Source: Promethearchaeota archaeon (GTDB lineage: Archaea > Asgardarchaeota > Lokiarchaeia > Sigyniarchaeales > SOKP01). From it: a stretch of 64,000 nt of DNA. The position numbers and the translations under genes are program-made. Shown here piece by piece: positions 60,888-64,000 of the stretch. How positions within the stretch are numbered: position 1 is the first letter of the stretch; each line of letters opens with the position of its first letter. The stretch is from NCBI GenBank assembly GCA_048937405.1, contig JBHLNF010000007.1, forward strand, positions 96,001-160,000, read 5' to 3'. Below the pieces are notes generated by a model. That model was not told the origin of the DNA and searched no databases. It worked only from the letters and a program-made list of their open reading frames with translations.

Positions 60888-62039
60888 TCATTTTTCAATC
60901 TCAAAAATAATCTTGAGATAATCATACTTAGAATTGAGTAATATTAAAATTTCGTTAATAAAGATCCTTAAATTTTTCGCTTGAATTTTCTTTTCATCTT
61001 TCTGTTCAAGTAAAAATTCATGTAGCATCTTTCTTGTCTCGTCAGGACCATTTTCCTTAAAAAATTTCATCCAATGAATTGAAATATTACATATTTTTTT
61101 TATACTCTCATTTGGATATTCATTTATATCAAGTATTTTCTCATGATATTTATTTATGGCATTACTTACCCTTTCTAAATAATCGGCAGTACCCAATGAA
61201 TATCTACATAAACTGATTAGATTTGAGGTGATTCTAGAGTTCCTAGTATTAGTTGCAGCTTCAAAAGATTCCCATATTTCATTCATTTTGTCATTATTTC
61301 TACTTGCTAAATCGGAATTATGTAAGGCTACATTCATAATATCACTAAGATCAACATCATGTCCTCTTTTAAGCTTTTTATTAAAAATTTCTTTCAATCC
61401 TGTACCTTCAAGATAGCTTCCCGCTCCAAAATCAAGTAACTGATTTAAATTGTTTGCTGCACACAGCGCCTCATATCTTACTTCACCAGTATCAGGATTA
61501 GTCCATTGAACTTGTTTCTCAAACTCACCAGTTTCTTTATTCTTAACCCATCCACACTCTTTTAATGCATGATCTAAAACTCCTACCTCAAAACACCAAA
61601 AATCTATATCATCAGTAAAGCGTTTTCTCCTCCAATCTCTTGAAGTATATTTACCCAAGTATAATTTTAAAGTACCTCTTACTAAAGATTTTTTCCCATC
61701 TTTTAATGCTTTTCTAGCATTAACACAGTAAGGATTATTTGAATCTTCTGAACAAGTCATAATATGATTTAAAACTGTCCTAGCTTCACCCGCCACGATA
61801 TCACAAGGAATCTTCCCATCAGAAGGATACATTCTTGATCCACCATCTAAATATTTTTGAAATAATTCTATTTCATTTTCAGGAATTTTATACCAAGGAT
61901 TATTAAACATTCTCTTGGAAAATACATAGTGAGTGAAACCGTTTTTATCGATTCTTGTTTTATCTGGTAAAGGTGAGACATCTCTAAGATTATCTCCTTT
62001 TTGTTGCGCATCAGCTTTAATATCCCAAATTGAGGTCAT
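60888..62039 (-). CDS. hypothetical protein with a nucleotidyltransferase-like (AbiEii/MNT-type) motif
   Basis: RGT.......RFTDDIDFW and KKLKRGHDVDLSD. Confidence 0.5.
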   Translation of the reverse strand: MTSIWDIKADAQQKGDNLRDVSPLPDKTRIDKNGFTHYVFSKRMFNNPWYKIPENEIELFQKYLDGGSRMYPSDGKIPCDIVAGEARTVLNHIMTCSEDSNNPYCVNARKALKDGKKSLVRGTLKLYLGKYTSRDWRRKRFTDDIDFWCFEVGVLDHALKECGWVKNKETGEFEKQVQWTNPDTGEVRYEALCAANNLNQLLDFGAGSYLEGTGLKEIFNKKLKRGHDVDLSDIMNVALHNSDLASRNNDKMNEIWESFEAATNTRNSRITSNLISLCRYSLGTADYLERVSNAINKYHEKILDINEYPNESIKKICNISIHWMKFFKENGPDETRKMLHEFLLEQKDEKKIQAKNLRIFINEILILLNSKYDYLKIIFEIEK

Positions 62040-62125
62040 ACGAGTTATTATATTGAATGTTGCTTTTAAAAATTATTAATTTAAAATATAAAATTTATTA
62101 TAAACATAGACTCTATTGATAATAT

Positions 62126-62809
62126 ATGAGTAATTTTTTTCGTATCTTTACTCTCACTCCCTGGGATTCACTTAATTTAAAAAATTTAACCGAAGTGAAA
62201 TTATATTCATTGAAAAATATTTTTAAATCCTTTCCTGTAATTGAACCGGAATTTTTCGATGATCTACTTTCAAATTTGTATAAATTTAATCATTATTCCT
62301 TGACTGAAAGCATCAAGCGGATCGTTGGTCCTGAAAATGAAGATTATGATATAAATCCATGGAATTTAGTGTGGGGAATGGATATTGAAAGAAGAATTTT
62401 TCAGTTTTTATTTCAAAAAGTTAAGAATGAATTAAAAGGATCTCAAGCGACATTAGTTGCCCTAGCTCCTCCGGAACTAGGTAAATTATTTAATCAATAT
62501 AAAAAAGAAGCAATATTAAGAACTCTATCTCTTTTAAATAATCCAAAAAAAATGAAATTTCTTATGGTATTAGCCCCTAAAGGAAAATCAGTTGCGGAAG
62601 AACAACAATTACTTCGAATAACTAAGAAAGATTATGAAAAATTGAAATTCAAAGAGATGCTTCAACAAATGCCAAATATTAAAGGGGAGTGGATGTTAAC
62701 CCATACTCCGCGATGCTCCAACTGTGGAAAGGAGTTTCCAGAGATAAAGGCTTTGAATGTATGGTCTTTTAAATTTAAATGTCCATATTGTGGGCATCAG
62801 AATGAATAA
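62126..62809 (+). CDS. hypothetical protein with a C-terminal zinc ribbon
   Basis: CSNCG...CPYCG. Confidence 0.65.
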   Translation: MSNFFRIFTLTPWDSLNLKNLTEVKLYSLKNIFKSFPVIEPEFFDDLLSNLYKFNHYSLTESIKRIVGPENEDYDINPWNLVWGMDIERRIFQFLFQKVKNELKGSQATLVALAPPELGKLFNQYKKEAILRTLSLLNNPKKMKFLMVLAPKGKSVAEEQQLLRITKKDYEKLKFKEMLQQMPNIKGEWMLTHTPRCSNCGKEFPEIKALNVWSFKFKCPYCGHQNE

Positions 62810-62906
62810 TGAACCTCACTCTTCAGGTCATATTTTAATATTAATTTTTATTGAATCGTACGATATATAACTTATTAAAAAAAAAATAATCGGAGCTAAT
62901 TTTGAA

Positions 62907-64000
62907 ATGTTTATAGCCGCTTTAGATTTAGGAACAACTGGATGTAGAACTTTCATTTTTGATTTAGCAGGTACGATTATTGCTAGTGATTATCAAGAAT
63001 GGCAGAGTTTTTATCCATCTCCCTCATTTGTTGAACAAGATGCCAATACGTGGTGGGATTCCATTAAAATAACAATTGAAAAAGCAATAAAAAAAAGTGG
63101 AATTGATAAAACTGAGATTGTTAGTCTTTCAGTAACCAATCAGAGAGAAACTATTGTTCCTGTAGATAAAGATGGTAATCCACTTCATAATGCTTTAGTA
63201 TGGCAGGACAGGAGGACAATAAAGCAGGTTGAATATATTAAAGAAAAAATTGGTATTGATAAGATTTATGAGACAACAGGATTAACAATTGATCCATACT
63301 TTTCAGCTACAAAAATACTTTGGTTTAAAGATGAAAAACCACAAATTTATCAGAAGACTCACAAATTTTTATTGGTATCTGATTACATAATTTATAAGCT
63401 AACAGGGAAATATGTCAGTGATTTTAGTAATTTAAGTAGAACAATGCTATTTGATATTAGGAGATTAAAATACTCCGACGATATTGCTTCTGAATTAGAA
63501 ATAGACATAGATAAAATGCCAGAAGCCTTGGAAAGTGGAGTTGATATCGGAGAAATTGTAACTGAAGAAACGTTATTTGATAAAAAAACCTTGGTTGTAT
63601 CTGGTGCTGGAGATCAACAATCTGCTGCTTTAGGTGTAGGTGTGGTATCCCCAGGTGAAATTAAATGCACAACTGGAACTGGTAGTTTCATTTTGGCTTA
63701 TTTATCGCAACCCAAATTCGATCCAGAGAAACGTGTTCTATGTAGTTGTCATGCAGTTCCAGGAGCATGGGTACAAGAAGCTAGTATTTTTACAACTGGA
63801 GCAGTACTTAGATGGTTTCGAGATGAATTAGGACTTGCAGAATGTCAAGCTGCTCAAGAAGGCCAAGACCCTTATGATCTAATTTCTAGTGAAGCAGAAA
63901 AATCATCAATTGGGGCAAATGGAATACTTCTCATTCCCCATTTCGTTGGAGCTGGAGCACCTCATTGGAATCCATTTGCAAAAGGTATCTTATTCGGTTT
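62907..64000 (+). CDS. FGGY-family sugar kinase (xylulokinase/glycerol kinase-like); 3' end runs off the window
   Basis: Manual translation: MFIAALDLGTTG, VEQD, TNQRET, VWQDRR, SRTMLFD, GAGDQQSA, TTGTG. Confidence 0.92.
   Translation, partial: MFIAALDLGTTGCRTFIFDLAGTIIASDYQEWQSFYPSPSFVEQDANTWWDSIKITIEKAIKKSGIDKTEIVSLSVTNQRETIVPVDKDGNPLHNALVWQDRRTIKQVEYIKEKIGIDKIYETTGLTIDPYFSATKILWFKDEKPQIYQKTHKFLLVSDYIIYKLTGKYVSDFSNLSRTMLFDIRRLKYSDDIASELEIDIDKMPEALESGVDIGEIVTEETLFDKKTLVVSGAGDQQSAALGVGVVSPGEIKCTTGTGSFILAYLSQPKFDPEKRVLCSCHAVPGAWVQEASIFTTGAVLRWFRDELGLAECQAAQEGQDPYDLISSEAEKSSIGANGILLIPHFVGAGAPHWNPFAKGILFG

Noticed and set aside
6025-63831. Short antisense or overlapping ORFs in the track (e.g. 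6025, 6697, 7970, 11551, 12119, 23299, 25895, 34335, 41689, 49326, 59312, 59533, 63640)
   Set aside because: They are shadows of well-supported genes or low-complexity AT-rich frames with no motifs.
1-64000. CRISPR array, rRNA, transposase/integrase, selenoprotein read-through
   Set aside because: I saw no regularly spaced repeats, rRNA-like tracts, recombinase motifs or in-frame TGA at conserved Cys positions of intact genes.

Overview
Very AT-rich archaeal genomic DNA, most likely an Asgard archaeon (Lokiarchaeia-like). This is inferred from archaeal informational genes (TFB, fibrillarin/Nop5, GatDE, archaeal MAT, the proteasome-exosome superoperon) together with eukaryotic-signature-type genes (profilin-like, Rab-like GTPase fusion, LITAF-like, AN1 zinc fingers). 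Main finding: three housekeeping genes (rnhB, elp3, PPi-pfk) that look frameshifted are each interrupted in a conserved motif by a 29-31 nt insert. Each insert folds into a bulge-helix-bulge (BHB) motif, and cutting at the standard tRNA-splicing-endonuclease positions restores both the frame and the motif (DEAGR/GS, HKVD/KIEL, GGGD/CPG). The four tRNA genes carry six BHB introns. Five are non-canonical and exactly 30 nt, three of them in one tRNA-Val. This suggests a family of ~30-nt BHB micro-introns in both mRNAs and tRNAs. A free-standing LAGLIDADG endonuclease gene lies next to the intron-bearing pfk. Other oddities: accessory genes separated by decayed copies of the pyrK 3' end, a GTPase-wHTH fusion, a SWIM-TIR protein, and tandem RHH-HisKA-REC proteins lacking an ATPase domain. 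All calls come from manual reading; no searches or folding programs were run.
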